Source: Chiloscyllium plagiosum
Lineage: Eukaryota
Assembly: GCF_004010195.1 (NCBI RefSeq)
Contig: NC_057718.1
Span: 84,319,586 to 84,383,585 of the forward strand
DNA length: 64,000 bases
Reading direction: 5' to 3'
Positions 1 through 11,990 of this stretch are shown here, piece by piece (position 1 is the first letter of the stretch; each line of letters starts with the position of its first letter). The notes under the pieces were generated by a model. It did not search any database and was not told where the DNA came from. It was given only the letters and a program-made list of their open reading frames with translations. A program made the position numbers and the translations under genes.

Positions 1-124
1 CAGTGAAGTACTTGTAATGGGAACCACACTAAACAAACTAGACAGCTACTGAGGGCACATGACATCCCAGACAGACCATGGATGAACAGGTGGTTTCATC
101 CTAGTTTTTGGCTTATGGGTATAC

Positions 125-1299
125 CCCCCACCTTTTCCTCCGCTACATCGATGACTGTATCGGCGCTGCCTCATGCTCCCACGAGGAGGTTGAACAGTTC
201 ATCCACTTTACCAACACCTTCCACCCCGACCTCAAATTCACTTGGACCGTCTCAGACTCCTCCCTCCCCTTCCTAGACCTTTCCATTTCTATCTCGGGCG
301 ACCGAATCAACACGGACATTTACTATAAACCGACCGACTCCCACAGCTACCTAGACTATACCTCCTCCCACCCTGCCCCCTGTAAAAATGCCATCCAATA
401 CTCCCAATTCCTTCGTCTCCGCTGCATCTGCTCCCAGGAGGACCAGTTCCAAATCCGTACAACCCAGATGGACTCCTTCTTCAAGGATCTCAATTCCCCC
501 CCAGACGTAGTCGACGATGCCCTCCACCGCATCTCTTCCACTTCCCGCTCCTCCGCCCTTGAGCCCCGCCCCTCCAACCGCCACCAGGACAGAACCCCAC
601 TGGTCCTCACCTACCACCCCACCAACCTCCATGTATAACACATCATCCGCCGTCACTTCCGCCACCTCCAAACAGACCCCAGCACCAAGGATATATTTCC
701 CTCCCCTCCCCTATCAGCTTTCCGTAGAGACCACTCCCTCCGCGACTCCCTTGTCAGATCCACACCCCCCACCGACCCAACCACCACTCCCGGCACCTTC
801 CCTTGCAACCGCAGGAGGTGCAACACTTGCGCCCACACCTCCCCCCTCACTCCTCTCCAAGGCCCAAAAGGAAACTCCCATATCCGCCACAGATTCACCT
901 GCACCTCCACCCACATCATCTACTGCATCCGCTGCAGCCGGTGTGGCCTCCTCTATATTGGGGAGACAGGCCGCCTACTCGCGGAGCGACTCAGAGAGCA
1001 CCTCTGGGCCACCCGGACGAACCAACCCAACCAACCTGTAGCACAGCATCTCAACTCCCCCTCCCACTCCACCGAGGATATGCAGGTCATTGGACTCAGG
1101 CCTATCACCCTCACCTTGACCTCCTTCCACCTATCGCATTTCCAATGCCCCACCCCCAAGTCCCTCCTCCCTACCTTTTATCTTAGCCTGCTGGGCACAC
1201 TTTCCTCATTCCTGAAGAAGGGCTTATGCCCGAAACGTCGATTCTCCTGTTCCTTGGATGCTGCCTGACCTGCTGCGCTTTTCCAGCAACACATTTTCA
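125..1299 (+). mobile_element. 5'-truncated Penelope-like element (Neptune-type): RT C-terminal half, Cys-rich linker, GIY-YIG endonuclease, hammerhead-bearing terminal repeat
   Basis: RT motif LRYIDD and thumb YYKPTD..YLDYTSSHP. Reading through TAA 636-638 gives FPCNRRRCNTC...HIIYCIRCSRCGLLYIGETGRLLAERLREH (GIY-YIG). Flanked by a 14-bp TSD GCTTATGGGTATAC (111-124, 1300-1313). Confidence 0.92.
1206..1245 (+). ncRNA. Minimal hammerhead ribozyme motif in PLE terminus
   Basis: CTGAAGA (1212-1218) - A - GGGC/TTAT/GCCC stem II - GAAAC - GTC, with the palindromic ACGT typical of PLE hammerheads. Confidence 0.75.
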
Positions 1300-1339
1300 G
1301 CTTATGGGTATACTTAGCTTTTAAAGAACCACACCTCTT

Positions 1340-1680
1340 AAAACACAACAGGACTGGTGCACAAAATTCCAGAATGACACCAGTGAGGGAGTGCTGCAAT
1401 GTTTGTGGTACCATCTTTCAGATGGGATGTTACATTAGACCCTGTCTGCTTCTCTCAGGAGAAAAACTCATAGTACTCTTTCCAAAATGAGATACCAATA
1501 TCTTTATCAACAAAACACTGACCATTATCATCTTATATTTGCTTTAAGAACTGTGGGAGTTTGCTGTCTGCAAATTGTCTCCCCATGCACAACAACAGGA
1601 CCACAATTCAAAAGAAAACTAAGTGATTGTAAAGCAGTCTGAGACATCTTTCAGTCATTAAAAAATCTCCTATCACTGCA
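1340..1680 (+). mobile_element. Old DeuSINE/SacSINE1-like SINE
   Basis: Similar to copies at ~9200-9597, ~10690-11015 and ~52560-52830 (GGGAG.TTGCTGT..GCAAATTG core, TGTAAAGCA tail). Family name is by recognition only. Confidence 0.45.
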
Positions 1681-2568
1681 TTGGAACAGGATATAAATGC
1701 CAAGGATTTCATTCCTGTGCACCCACTGTTGCTACCTCCCTGTGCTGCCCCACTTACAACTACCCTACTTTCCACATCATTCTCCCATTCAGTTCAGTCA
1801 CTGCTCACTGTTCTGTTCTCTTCACTCACTGCTCAGCTTGCCACCTGGCTTGACAGCAGGGCAGCGAGAAGAGCAAAAAGGTGGATGTTAGCAGGACAGT
1901 GAGTGAGCTGGGAAATATGGCAGTGAGGGATTGGGAAGGGGACCAGCAATTGATCTTTCGTACATGCTGTGGCATCACAGATGCTGTTTCAGTGGCAGCA
2001 AACAGCCCCATATAAATTCAATTCTTTCTCTTGTGTCTGTTGTGGCTCTTTGAAAGTGCATTTCTTCCCCAAGAACACCTGCCTCATTACTCAACTTTCT
2101 CTGTCCTTTCTTCATAAGAATCACTAGTGTCTTTGATTGTACAAAACAAATGTAAAGTCACATCACTAATTAACTAGAGTCAAGATGTTATCTGGAATGC
2201 ATTGCTTGAAACGACTGCAGCCAAAAGATTAAAATTTATTCTGACTTAAATTCTGGCATGTAACATTTTCCTCATTAGTGAATGTGCTGTAGCTAGACAT
2301 TCAGGACAGTGATCACCAAGAACAGCAAAATGAAAATAAAAGTGAGTTCTTCAGCAATAGATGTGATGTGGAAATACTCTTATGTCACTGATCATAAATT
2401 CCAAGCATTTTATCTTTGAAGCAGCAGTTATCACATTTATAAAGATTTTTTTTTCCAAAGTTGCTTGTTTTTAACAACAAGGAAACCAGCAACAAGATGC
2501 ACGGTCATTAAAAAATCTTAAATCGATTCTTGTAAATAAAATCAAGTCACTTTCCAATTTATACAAGT

Positions 2569-2580
2569 TTTATTTTTATT
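2569..2580 (-). terminator. Candidate GALM polyadenylation signal (tandem AATAAA)
   Basis: Minus strand reads AATAAAAATAAA about 440 nt after the stop codon, followed by U-rich sequence. Another AATAAA lies at 2671-2676. Confidence 0.5.
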
Positions 2581-3022
2581 AGAAGTACTAAGTTACAGAT
2601 GTTAGGATTCATTTTACTCATTTACATGTATTTTGGTTCTATGGGAAATGCAGATCTTTGAGCATTATTTTATTATGGGCAAATTGACAATTGCTAAGGG
2701 TTTGGCTAGTATTAAATATCCAATTTTCTAAGTGTTTCTGCCTTCCCAAATAGATTGAATCTGAGATGGTATATAATTTAAGACATCTCTGGTTTTTAGG
2801 AAATACTCTAAGATAAATGCTCATTCTTGGTATGCATTGCTCAACGTATGGGCACAATGAGTAAATACTGCACACGATTTAATTTTCCTCACAAATAGTT
2901 AGTATTAATGTTTTACCTAACCAACACCCCACCACCGTGATTTTTAAAAAAATATTAAAAGTAAAGCAAGTGTTTTGATTAAAGTATGACAACTGAAACT
3001 CGAACTACCTACATTACAGCTG

Positions 3023-3100
3023 TTAAAGTACAGAGAACTTAAACCATGTTGTATGGTCATATTCCTCGCCGGGTCTCAACAATGCATCTGGGAAATTTGC
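3023..3100 (-). CDS. GALM: Galactose mutarotase last coding exon (7) including stop codon
   Basis: ANFPDALLRPGEEYDHTTWFKFSVL* matches the vertebrate GALM C-terminus (LRPGEEYDHTTWFKFS). Acceptor TTGCAG, TAA at 3023-3025, 78 nt. Confidence 0.96.
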   Translation of the reverse strand, partial: ANFPDALLRPGEEYDHTTWFKFSVL

Positions 3101-3591
3101 CTGCAAAATAAAACATTTGAATGCATCAAATTAAAATGTAATGCAACTATCAGAAACAGTAAGCAACAGTTTACTCTCCTGGCCAGCTTTCCAGTGCTCA
3201 GAGCACCCCAGTACACTTAAATTCATCAAACGTTCTGCAACTTGCATCAAATTTTATCTGGTAATGTTCTCATGAAGCCCCTTAGGAGGTTTTACCACAA
3301 AGGTGCTAGGAGTGCAAAATGTTTTTCTAACAATTTGCAACTTGTCCTAATTTGACACACCATCTGTTTTTTCTTCATCTTAGCAACACAGTTTTTTACA
3401 CAGTTGCAGGAAACATTATGTTATGCTTTTCTTTCAAGTTAGAAGTAAAGGTTTAACTTAAATTGTTTTCATAATCCATATGTCAACCTTGGGCACATTA
3501 ACAGAAATTTTATTCAACCAGAATTCTTATATTATTTCTAAATTAATGCACATTAAAATGTGAACAGGTTCCTTTCCCCTCTCCTTCAAAC

Positions 3592-3766
3592 CTTGTTAAC
3601 AGCATCAGGCCAATTCTGAGTTTCCAAACAAAAAGCTGAATGCTTAGGGTACACAGCCCCTCCTTTGCCCTTCAAACTCCCATCCAGAAAATTGGCAGTG
3701 TAGAACTGAACTCCAGGCTGCGTGGTCTCGATCTCCAGTAACCTGCCACTTGGCTGGTGGTAAACC
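3592..3766 (-). CDS. GALM: Galactose mutarotase coding exon 6
   Basis: Hand-translated VYHQPSGRLLEIETTQPGVQFYTANFLDGSLKGKGGAVYPKHSAFCLETQNWPDAVNK, with the catalytic Glu in CLETQ. Acceptor TTACAG, donor GTTTGA, 175 nt. Confidence 0.96.
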
Positions 3767-3846
3767 CTGTAAATAAGAACAATATGTCTTCACTGGCCAT
3801 CCTTTTTTCATCCCCGAGACCTGAACACAGTCGATCCGTGGACGAT

Positions 3847-3962
3847 ACTGAAATCGTCATCTCGGATTCGAAATATTAACTCCATGCTGCCAGACCTGCT
3901 AATCTTCTCCAGCATTCTTGATCATTGTTTCAGAATTCCAGTATCTGCAGTATTTAGCTTTT
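3847..3962 (+). mobile_element. Decayed PLE terminal fragment
   Basis: Degenerate CTGA...GAAA(T)ATTAAC followed by the ATGCTGCCAGACCTGCT...TCCAGCA...TCCAGTATCTGCAGTA tail, resembling other PLE ends in the window. Confidence 0.5.
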
Positions 3963-4004
3963 ATTTTAAATAGAATCCCTACAGTTTGGAGGCAGGCCAT
4001 TTGA

Positions 4005-6065
4005 GTCACAGATGAGTCAGAGCTGTTCAGCACGGAAACAGACCCTTCGGTCCAACTCATCCATGCTGATCAGATATCCTAAATTAATCCAGTCCCAGTT
4101 GCCAGCACTTGGTCTATATCCCTCCAAACCCTTCCTATACAGATACCCATCCTGATGCCTTTTAAATGTTGTAATTGTAACAGCCGCCAACACTTCCTCT
4201 GGCAGCTCATTCCATACACGCATCACCCTCTATGTGAAAACGTTGCCCTTAGGTGTCTCTTAAATCTATCCCTCTCACCATAAACCTATGCCCTCTAGTT
4301 CTGGGACTCCCCACCCCAGAGAAAAGACCTGTGTATTCACCCTAACCATGCCCCTCATGATTTTATCCGGGTCGCCCCTCAGCCTCAGACGCTCCAGGGA
4401 AAACAGCCCCAGCCTGTTCAGCGTCTCCCTATAGGTCAAATCCTCCAACCCTGGCAGCATCCCTGCAAATCTTTTCTGAACCCTTTCAAGTTTTCACAAC
4501 ATCCTTCCTAGAGGACAGAGACCAGAATTGCATACAATATTATAAAAATGGCCTAACCAATATCCTGTACAGCTGCAACATGACCTCCCAACTCCAATAC
4601 TCAATGCTCTGACTAATAAAGGCAAGCATACCGACCACCTTCCCTACTGTGTCTACCTGCGACTTCACTTTCAATGAGCTATGAACCTGCACTCCGAGGT
4701 CTCTTTGTTTAGCAACACTCCCCAGGACTTTATCATTAAGTGTACAAGTCCTACCTGATTTCCATTTCCAAAATGCAGCACCTCGCATTTATCGAAACTA
4801 AACTCCATCTGTCACTTCTCAGCCTATTGGCCCATCTGATTAAGATCCCATTGTAATCTGAGGTAACCTCCTTCGCTGTTCATTATACCTCCAGTTTTGG
4901 TGTCATCTGCAAAATTACGAATCATACCACCTATGTTCTTACCCAAATCATTTATGTAAATGACAAAAAGCAGTGGACCCAGCACCAATCCTTGTAGCAC
5001 ACTACTGGTCACAGGCCTCCAGTCTGAAAAGCAACCTTCCACCATCAACCTCTGTTCTCTACCTTCCAAACAGTTCTGTATCCAAATGGCTAGTTCTCCC
5101 TGTATTCCATGTGATCTAACCTTGCTAACCAGTCTACTATGAGGAACCTTGTACAATGACCAACTGGTCTATATAGATTACATCCACCGTCCTGCCCTCA
5201 TCAATCCTCTACGTTGCTTCTTCAAAAACCCTAGTCAAGTAGTGAAACATGGATTTCCCATGCCGCATCCCTCAGGATTCTCTCCAACAATTTGCCCACC
5301 ACCAATATCAGGCTCACTGCTCTGTAGTTCCCTGACTTTTCCTTACCACCTTTCTTAAGTAGTGGCCATGTTAGCCAACCTCCAGTCTTCCGCCACCTCA
5401 CCTGTGACTATCGATGATATGAATATCTCAACAAGAGGTCCAGCAATCACTTCCCTAGCTTTCCAGAATTCTAGGTTGCATCTGATCAGGTTCTGGATAC
5501 TTATCCACCTTTATTCATTTTCAGACATTCAGTAACTCCTCCTCTGTAATATGGTGACATTTTTCAAAATGTCACCATCTGCCTCCCCACATTCTATATC
5601 TTCCATGTCCATGTCCACAGTAAACACTGATGCAAAATACTCATTTAGTATCTCCCCCATCCCCTGTGGTTCCACACATAGGCTGCCTTGCTGATCTTTG
5701 AGAGGCCCTATTCCCTCCACACCCTCTGCTAGTGAAGGGTTCTTGCCCAAAACGTCAATTCTCCTGCTTCTTGGATGCTGCCTGAACTGCTATGCTTTTC
5801 CAGCACCCCAGCCTCGAAGTGGGCCCTATTCTCTTTCTAGTTACCCATTTGTCCTTAATGTATTTATGAAATCCCTTTGGATTCTCCATCACCCTATCTG
5901 TCAAAGCTATCTCATGTCCCCTTTTTGCCTTCCTAATCTCCCCCTTAAGTACACTTCTACTGCCTTTATACTCCAAGGATTCACTTGATCTCTGCTATCT
6001 ATACCTGACATATGCTTCCTTGCTTTTATTGACCAAAACTTCAATTTCTCTATAGTCATCCCACA
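4005..6065 (-). mobile_element. CR1 LINE, 3' half (RT and 3' tail), disrupted
   Basis: ORF fragments with VLQGLVLGPLLFVIYINDL, NFADDTK, QRDLGVQVHSSLK, LGLFSLERLRLRGD and VWNELPEEV. Confidence 0.92.
5714..5821 (+). mobile_element. Short PLE-terminus insertion inside CR1
   Basis: Degenerate hammerhead plus GGATGCTGCCTGA..TTTTCCAGCAC tail. 10-bp TSD GGCCCTATTC at 5704-5713 and 5822-5831. Confidence 0.8.
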
Positions 6066-6069
6066 TTCC

Positions 6070-6370
6070 CTCCACACCAACCCACTAGAGAGCATTCCAC
6101 CTAGACCCATCCTCCTACTCTATCCCTGTAATTCCCATGGTTAGTCCACCTAACCTGCACATTCCTGGACACTATAGGTAAATTAGCATGGCCAATCCAC
6201 CTAACCTGCACATCTTTGAGATTGTGGGAGGAAACTGGAGCACCCGGAGGAAACTCATGCAGACACGGGGAGAATGTGCAAACTCCACACAGACAATTGC
6301 CCGGTAGAATTGAACTCTGGGTCCCTGGCACGGTGAGGCTGCAGTGCCAACCAATGAACCACCGTGCTGT
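6070..6370 (-). mobile_element. HE1/V-SINE-like tRNA-derived SINE (3' tail displaced to 3971-4003 by CR1 insertion)
   Basis: Reverse complement contains the tRNA-like head and the V-domain GTCTGTGTGGAGTTTGCACATTCTCCCCGTGTCTGC. Confidence 0.85.
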
Positions 6371-6954
6371 GTCACATAGATGCTATTTGCTCTCTGTTCA
6401 GTATCTCTCAAGATGAAAATGGAAGTCATCAACTTGTGAATTGAGACTACATTCCTTCATTTAGCTGCATCTCTCAACCACGCAATTCTACTTTTAAAAT
6501 CCTGTTGGAAACCTTAACTACACAACTTATCTTGTTGGTTGATCTTATTTCACAAACCTCCTGGGGTCAAGTCCCTCCAGAGACTTGAGCACAGAATCGA
6601 GGCTGATGCTTGGTGACAATACTGACAGTGTGCCACATTACCATAAATGTTGTTTTCCAGAATGGACATTAAATAAGAGATGCTGCTTCCCCTCTCAGAT
6701 GGGAACAACTCGCTTTTAGCAATATAAAACATCTCAAGTTTTACAGAATAGTGAACAAATGCTTAAAATATACTACTTCAACCAAGCTGACTCTAAGAGA
6801 AAGATAATGAATGAGTTTTATGGAGCACATTCTGTGACTGCATGGGTAAGAGTTGAACAAGGCAAGGTTAGTCCCTTTCATTTAGCCAACAGAGGCATTC
6901 AAGGAGAATGGTGAGCTCAAATGTGGCAAAGGCTAAAGGAAGAAGAACGAAAAG

Positions 6955-7770
6955 GAACACAGGATCATGAGTAGGCCATTCAGCCCATCAAGCCTGCCTA
7001 TCATTCAATACCATCATGACTGTTCATTTACTTTAATACCTATTCCCACACTATACCAGTGTATCTTTATATTGTAGATAGATTTCTAAATACCAATCTC
7101 TAAACATACACAATGACAGAGCTTCCACCACCCTCAAGGATACAGAATTCCAAAGATTGATAATCCTGTGAGTAAAGTAAAATTCTTCTCATCTTGGTCC
7201 TAAGTGGCTTCCCCCTTATTTTGAATTACCCCTTGGTTATAGATTCCCCAATAAAAAGGAAAAAAAAGGCTTACCTGCATCTATCCTTTTGAGCATTTTG
7301 TAGGTTTCGGTGAAATAATCTCTTATTCTTTGAAACTCTAGAGAATCTAGGCTCAGTTTACCCAATCTCTCTTCTAGGACAGTCCTACTATCCCATGAGT
7401 GAACCTTTATTGCACTTCTATATGGCTGTAATATATTTTTGAAAGGGGATCATATTGCACATTAAGTACTCCAGGTATGAGCTACCAAACATCTATACAA
7501 TTGAAACAAGACTTTGCTACTCCTGCTTACTTATATCTTCTTGCAAAAAGTCCATCATACCCTTAGCCTTCCTTATTACCCACTGCATGTTAACCTTGTG
7601 TCTTAGTGCCAAGGATACCTAGGTTCCTTTGTACATCTACCATTTCTAACCCCTGCAAAAATATTCTGCACATCTATTCCTCTGACCAAAGTAGTTAGCC
7701 TCACATTTTTCCACAGTACATTCCATCTGCCAGGTTCTTGCCCACTTAATAAGTCTGTCTAAATCTTCCT
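6955..7770 (-). mobile_element. Old CR1 3' fragment
   Basis: Begins with the CR1-type tail (GAGTAGGCCATTCAGCCCATCAAGCCTGC) and resembles 24460-25250. Confidence 0.65.
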
Positions 7771-8372
7771 TAAACCATACTCGGGGTTAGTACTCCATGG
7801 TCACATTCACATAGAATGTCACTTGTGATTTTGATCAAATTTGTTTCAACATTGATGTAGGGACAGAAACCTGATTGAAGAGGTTCAGTGACAGGATTGT
7901 GGAAAAAATTGGCACAGATTAGGGAGGCAGCAACACATTCTTCAAGGTCCTTGAGGAGAAAAGGGTGGATGGAAATGGGACAGTAATTTTCCAAGGAGGA
8001 GAAGGTGAAGACTAGTATTTATTGAGGGCAAGGTGATGATGACAGATTTGAAAGGAAGGGATTAGTGTCTCGAAATAGTAGACCATTAATGATATCAGCT
8101 AACAACAGCATCTCTAAAATAGATTATTTCTTAATTCTCACCCAAAGTATTGTGGAATCATACAATGTTCAGAAAACTGTCTTATTACATATTTCAACAG
8201 TGATTACATTTCAGAAATACTTCATTGGTGTTTAAGATAGTGAAAGACACCATGTCAATGGACGTTTTTCTCTTTAAATAATCATCCCCAAAATTGCTAC
8301 CGCTAAATCCCAGCAGTTGAGTTTGGAATAAAAACACAAAACATACCTTAGACTTGGGAAAAGGTAGACTTT

Positions 8373-8698
8373 GGGGCGGCACAGTGGCTCAGTGGTTAGC
8401 ACTGCTGCCTCACAGCACCAAGGGATCCGGATTCCAGCCTGGGGCGACTGTCTGTGTGGAGTTTGCACATTCTCTCAGTGTCTGCACGGGTTTCCCCCAG
8501 GTGCTCCTGTTTCTTCCCACAATCCAAGGATGTGAAGCTTAGGTGAATTGGCCATGCTAAATTCCACATAGTGTCAGGGATGCGTAGGTTAGGTGCATTA
8601 GTCAGGACAAATGGGTCTGGGTGTGATACTCTTCGGAGGGAGAGTGTGGACTTGTTGGGCCGAAGGGCCTGTTTCCACACTGTAGGGATTCTATGATT
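8373..8698 (+). mobile_element. HE1/V-SINE-like SINE
   Basis: Pol III A-box-like GTGGCTCAGTGGTTAGCAC, V-domain, and CR1-like tail GGGCCTGTTTCCACACTGTAGGGATTCTATGATT. Confidence 0.88.
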
Positions 8699-8918
8699 TA
8701 AGTGCAGTAATATGAACACCTGGGGTTTTGGTTAAATTATTGTTTCAGTGTGGCTGATTTATTTTAAAATAAAATAATTTCTGAAGAAATTATGCAAACT
8801 TATTTTTACAAATGAAGAAAATCACAAGTATAGCTAGCAGCACAAAACATACACAATTATGCAAATAAGGCAAACCTAAATTCAAGAGGAATATAAGTCC
8901 TTTTCTCAGGTTGGTTAC

Positions 8919-9060
8919 CTTGCACAAGGAGATTGTTGTTTTGAGGAATTTAAACAGAAGTTGTGGTCAAAGCCTCCAGGTAACTTATTTGCGATATGGT
9001 CTCCAAGAACTACCGGGTTCCTCAAGTCAAAACCTGTGTTCTCCACCGCAGCAATCTCTC
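8919..9060 (-). CDS. GALM: Galactose mutarotase coding exon 5
   Basis: Hand-translated (G)EIAAVENTGFDLRNPVVLGDHIANKLPGGFDHNFCLNSSKQQSPCA(R), with FDLR and GFDHNF motifs. Acceptor ATAAAG, donor GTAACC, 142 nt, phases fit exons 4 and 6. Confidence 0.95.
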
Positions 9061-9199
9061 CTTTATAAACGAGAAATACTGAATGAAGCACAGGATATAA
9101 AAAAAATGTCTGGTTATCTTTTGTTAATAAGGAATAAAAGTACTGATAGTCTTCATAACCTTCAAAGTCTTCAAGTGTTAGCTGTGATGTGTTGGTTAC

Positions 9200-9597
9200 C
9201 TTCCACCTCCGAATCAGAAGATTGAGATTTCAAGACCCCCACCAGACATTTGAGCAAAACATCTAGGCTGAAACTCCCAGCTCAGTATGGAGACATTGCT
9301 GCACCTTCAGAGATGGCAGCTTTCAAATGAGATGTTAAACTGTGATCCTGTTGACCCTCTCAAGTGGATAGGAGATATCCCAGGACATGATTAAGGAGGA
9401 GCGTTCTCCATGCTGTCCTGGCTGATATTTATCCCTAAAAGCAGATTATATGCTCAACATCATGCTTATGGGAGCTTGCTGTGCATAACCTGCTTGCTTT
9501 GATTCTTACATTGAAACGAAAACAAAAATTGCACTTCATGACTGTAAAGCACATTGGGAAATCCTGAGGTTGTGAAATATACTACATAAATGCAAGT
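9200..9597 (+). mobile_element. DeuSINE/SacSINE1-like SINE
   Basis: Most complete copy of the repeat, with GGGAGCTTGCTGTGCA core and ending ACTACATAAATGCAAGT. Confidence 0.55.
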
Positions 9598-11599
9598 CAG
9601 TCGTGTGTTGTAAGAATGTCATAACATTTACTTCCTCTGAAGGCTCTCTGCATAACTCTTCCTCATGTCCACCACAAGGTGGGTTTACTTACTGTACAAC
9701 TTTAGTTTTACATCAAAGTTGGAGAGACTAGAAAAAAAACAGGTTAGTTCTAGTTTAAAGAGGAGATTATAAGGGGTGTTCAAAATAATGAAGGAATACT
9801 ACAGAGAAAAGCAGCTGTTTTCAAACACAAGTGAGTCAGTAACCAGATATTGCTGATCTATTGACAAAAAAAAGAGTTACTGGGAGACAAAGTGGATTGT
9901 TTTACATGCGGCCAATTGTTAAGTCTAGAATGTATTGCCTGAAAGAGTGGAGGAGGCAGAATCCATAGGTACTCAAAATATTTAAAAGTGAAATTGCAGG
10001 GCTATAGGGAAACAATAGGAGAGTTTACCTAAAAGAGCTAATGCAGTAAAATTAATGGCTCCCTACACATTGTATGATTCTAGATTGTATTGTAAGTCTA
10101 GACTATTTAAAACTGAAATCAGAACCAGCTTCAAGAACCAATTGAAATGAGTCTCCATGTGCTAGCAGTTACTGCCTTTATTTCAGATACAACTATGTCA
10201 AAAAGCTGTAAAACAGATTAACCTTTTTTTTTGGCTTTGACCTTTTATTGGCACTTAAATGCTGATGAGGTACATCAGTTCCTAAATATCACCAAACGTA
10301 AAGGAAACAGGATTTCTCCTCACAAAACAGGAAGTTGCATCATTCATCAACTGCTTATTAGATAAAATCAACACTGGTTTAATGATGCAGTATAAACATT
10401 CACCTCTGGAAGGCAATTAGAACGAATGAGAAAATAGATGAGGTGTTTTTTTTTTAAAATCAAGAGAAAGGTGCAGTTACCTTAGCATGAAAACAGAGAA
10501 TGGTGAAAAAATAATAAGTTAATTCCCTCCTGACAAACAACCGGTAACACAGGATGCGTACCCTTAATCTGTTCCTCTGAATGTATCTTCTGACAAATAG
10601 TTTACCTGATCGAATAGGAGATAACTTGGCAAATTGGGTATAATTTGTCTCTGCTTTGACTCAATAGTTTGCACATTCACCCTGGCTGTGGTTACCTGTC
10701 TCAATCCAGAGATGTGAGCTCATTGATGCTGACATTTCATGCTAAGGAAGGTGCTGCCCCTGTCTGCTCTCACAAATGGATATAAAAGCTCCCAATGCAC
10801 TATTTTGAACAGCCTGCCATTACAGCAAATGTTTATCTCTGAAGCAACATCATTGGAACAGATTATTTAGTTCTGCATCACATCACTATTTGTTGAATCT
10901 AGCTTTGTACAAATTAGCTGTCATGGTTCCCACATTACAACAATCACTGACAACTTAAAGCGACAGTACATTGGGGGTCATCCTGAAGGATTTAAAGGCA
11001 CTATATAAATTCAAGGTTTTAAACACTACCAATAGTAACCACGATCATGTTTACCGTCTTTAAAGGCTATGTGTATATCCTGGAATCAACACAAACAGAT
11101 TGACTAGTTATTTGTCTTTTTGTTTACAGCAGCCTTGCTGTTATTACTGATATACTAATTACCACAATAATTAATGGTAATTGATTCACAGTGAACTATT
11201 TTAAAAACAGCAAAGAGGATGTGACCAATACTTTGCAAAGTACAAAAAGTTTCTTCATCGCATTTGTGCCTGCAAGCTGAGAATTCAAATCTGACAATAC
11301 AGATTGGAGCATAAAATCTGCAATAATAATTTGAAGCATTACAATGCTGCATTCTCAGGACTGCAGCCTTTTGACAAACATCAAACCTATCTGCTCTCAA
11401 TTAATTCACGCTGAGAAAGAGAAGGGAGCTGTTCTGGCCTACTGGACAAAATAAGTCTCTCAAACAGTATCACCAAACAGAGATTATTAGATCATTATCA
11501 CACGATGTGGAATCGTACTGTGTGCGAACTGGCTGCTATATTACAATGAGAATCTTGGAATTTACCTGGAAAATCGTTTGATTACAGAGATCTTGAGGA

Positions 11600-11990
11600 C
11601 TGCTGAGAAAGAGACATGTCAAAGCTGTTCATCTTGCATTCATGTCAGACACAAGAATACTTAATATCAAACAGAACAACAATTTATACTGCCTGTGAAA
11701 ACAATGAGTACAGGGACTCTAAGTGAGTGAAGCATTGCCATGGACAATGCAGCTGGGAACAAATATCCCAACCATTCAAATTCAGAGTCAAGTAGATTCT
11801 GATTGGTTAATGTATTGCCGTGGGAACTGTTGCCCCTCGTATTTGACGAATATAAAAGATAGAAGACCTTATTCTACTTTCTTTCTGTTTACTGATGACA
11901 AGGTTTTACACAACAATATATACAACTCCCAATAAGCGCTGGTGAACCACATTGCAAATCTAATTTATAATCTTACACTGGCTGTTAGTG
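11600..11990 (-). mobile_element. Old PLE-like terminal fragment
   Basis: Related to ~29140-29570 and ~30700-31120. Reverse complement shows a degenerate CTGA..TGAATGCAAGATGAACAGCTT hammerhead-like motif. Confidence 0.4.

Noticed and set aside
517..1186. Pro/Thr/Ser-rich and Gly-rich ORFs (also 19565-20469)
   Set aside because: Alternative frames or antisense readings of C-rich PLE sequence.
2335..2540. Plus-strand AATAAA sites (2335-2340, 2535-2540) as the 3' end of a convergent neighbour such as SRSF7
   Set aside because: No plus-strand exon is recognisable in the window, and the hexamer is common in AT-rich DNA.
8373..8450. tRNA genes at SINE heads (also 30160, 45845, 48098)
   Set aside because: A/B boxes continue into SINE bodies and LINE-like tails; no complete cloverleaf.
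10261..10278. CTGATGAG..CATCAG as a hammerhead or C/D snoRNA
   Set aside because: No correctly placed GAAA/NUH and no D box with terminal stem; only a short hairpin.
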